A stretch of 63,995 bases of DNA, counting the filler, from Dugesia japonica (taxonomy: Eukaryota): the NCBI GenBank assembly GCA_001938525.1. It is 6 parts of 6 records of this genome, joined end to end, with 100 filler letters (N's around TTAATTAATTAA, not from the genome) between each part and the next. Parts side by side here need not be neighbours in the genome. Positions count along the whole stretch, not along the records: positions 53,756 to 63,995 come from MQRL01343090.1; 5 more parts are not named here. One strand, written 5' to 3'. Both the position numbers and the translations under genes were made by a program. The notes under the pieces were generated by a model, which made no database searches, was not told the DNA's origin, and worked only from the letters and a program-made list of their open reading frames with translations. Below are positions 62,850 to 63,995 of the stretch, one piece after another. Numbering within the stretch: the stretch's first letter is position 1; each line of letters begins with the position of its first letter.

Positions 62850-63995
62850 ATTTTTCACTTGATAAACTATAGACATGGTATCAGATTGTTGGGGTTCCAC
62901 CTAATCTAGATGTTTTCTTTTATTACTGGTGTTGTGGTAACCTAAGAGAACCCCGCTAATAATTTAATTTAGCTTCCCAATGCTAGATCTTCAGAATAAG
63001 ACCGGTGACGCAACCCATAGTTTGAGTGCATGTCCATATTCATTTGGTTTAGGTTCTTTCTCTTCCGTAGTAGAGTTTTACCCTACGCTGGTCCAGGTTT
63101 GTTCAATTATTTAAATCCAATTCCTACTCGTTATATGATTTTGGTCTTATTTTTTAGCCTATATCAATTTTCTTCTAATGCTATTTATTCTTGGATTTTA
63201 CATAATGTATTTGAACGACTAAAATTAATAATTAATAACAGTCTTATTAGGAACTAATCCTTAATTTCATCCTTCTGTAAATATTATTTTTCACCGGAAA
63301 TACTTATAATAGATTCAAAATTCTTCCTATTACTTTAAATATCCGTTGATGAGTGATTTTTATTGAATGTTTTTTATTTTGGTTGGCTGTATTTTAATTG
63401 TGATATATGAAAATTATCAACTGAGTTAGTCGCTAAATTAAGAATAGTTAATGGATAATTTTATCTCGATTAACCGCCTAAAGTATTTAGCAGCGTATAT
63501 ATTAAATTTGAATGTATTATAATAACTTTCCTTGAAGTTATGGGAGTTCTGAATTATTTGTCATAGTGGAAGTAATGTTGGGATACTACCTGAGTTGGGT
63601 GAAAGAAAACGTGGCTGGGGGAAAAACAGCCCTCAGGGGACCCTTTCAAGAATTTAAATCCAACGCCCCTTAGTTGGATATTCAGTGCANNNNNNNNNNN
63701 NNNNNNNNNNNNNNNNNNNNNNNNNNNNNNNNNNNNNNNNNNNNGGTTCATTACTTTCCCTTATAGACATAGATACAAAATTAGACAATAGTTATCAAAA
63801 CATCTATTAACATCACAACTTATAGGTCTTCCAATACACCAGGATCTAGCCACTGATTCGGGTCAGTCTCCCAAAAGTCAAACGCGGCTATATCGTCATT
63901 GTCATCCCACTGTACCCAAGCAGGGTTTCCCATTTGGCTTGACAGACCAGCTATATATTGCCTTAAGAAATCTATCTTTCGTTGTAATATTTATT
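62850..63995 (-). mobile_element. Degraded non-LTR reverse transcriptase remnant
   Basis: DVNRCFDN (DxxxAFD-like) and KGSPEGCFSPSHVF (GxPQGxxLSP-like) motifs, plus a downstream YGLR. Confidence 0.45.

Noticed and set aside
1-63995. tRNA or rRNA genes and a prokaryotic defence or operon system
   Set aside because: No cloverleaf or rRNA-like sequence was recognised. All identifiable genes are spliced eukaryotic genes or eukaryotic TEs.

Overview
Very AT-rich eukaryotic DNA, probably from an invertebrate animal. It is not prokaryotic: genes carry 40-51 bp GT-AG introns. The window is an artificial concatenation of six contigs joined by 100-bp spacers (44N-TTAATTAATTAA-44N at 9850, 23050, 36772, 45363 and 53656), so adjacency across spacers is meaningless. 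Host genes: a secreted multi-EGF protein (5' part), a KICS2/C12orf66-like last exon, the 5' half of an annexin A7/A11-like gene, an orphan N/Q/S-rich exon, a complete TMED2 (p24 beta), a possible MRPL33 first exon and a very divergent RPS12. The rest is mostly decayed mobile DNA: Ty3/gypsy, BEL/Pao, Penelope-like elements with hammerhead-type motifs, non-LTR RT, mariner, Tc1/Tc3, pogo/Tigger, hAT, MULE, Merlin, Helitron and many Maverick/Polinton-like fragments (pPolB, penton-like, protease). The most notable signal is an unclassified element family found on three different contigs. It comprises an A-rich tract, a conserved TATA-containing non-coding block, and two unknown coiled-coil genes (ORF-A, ORF-B). 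One copy sits directly upstream of a Polinton-type DNA polymerase remnant. All homology calls come from manual translation and motif recognition, not database searches.
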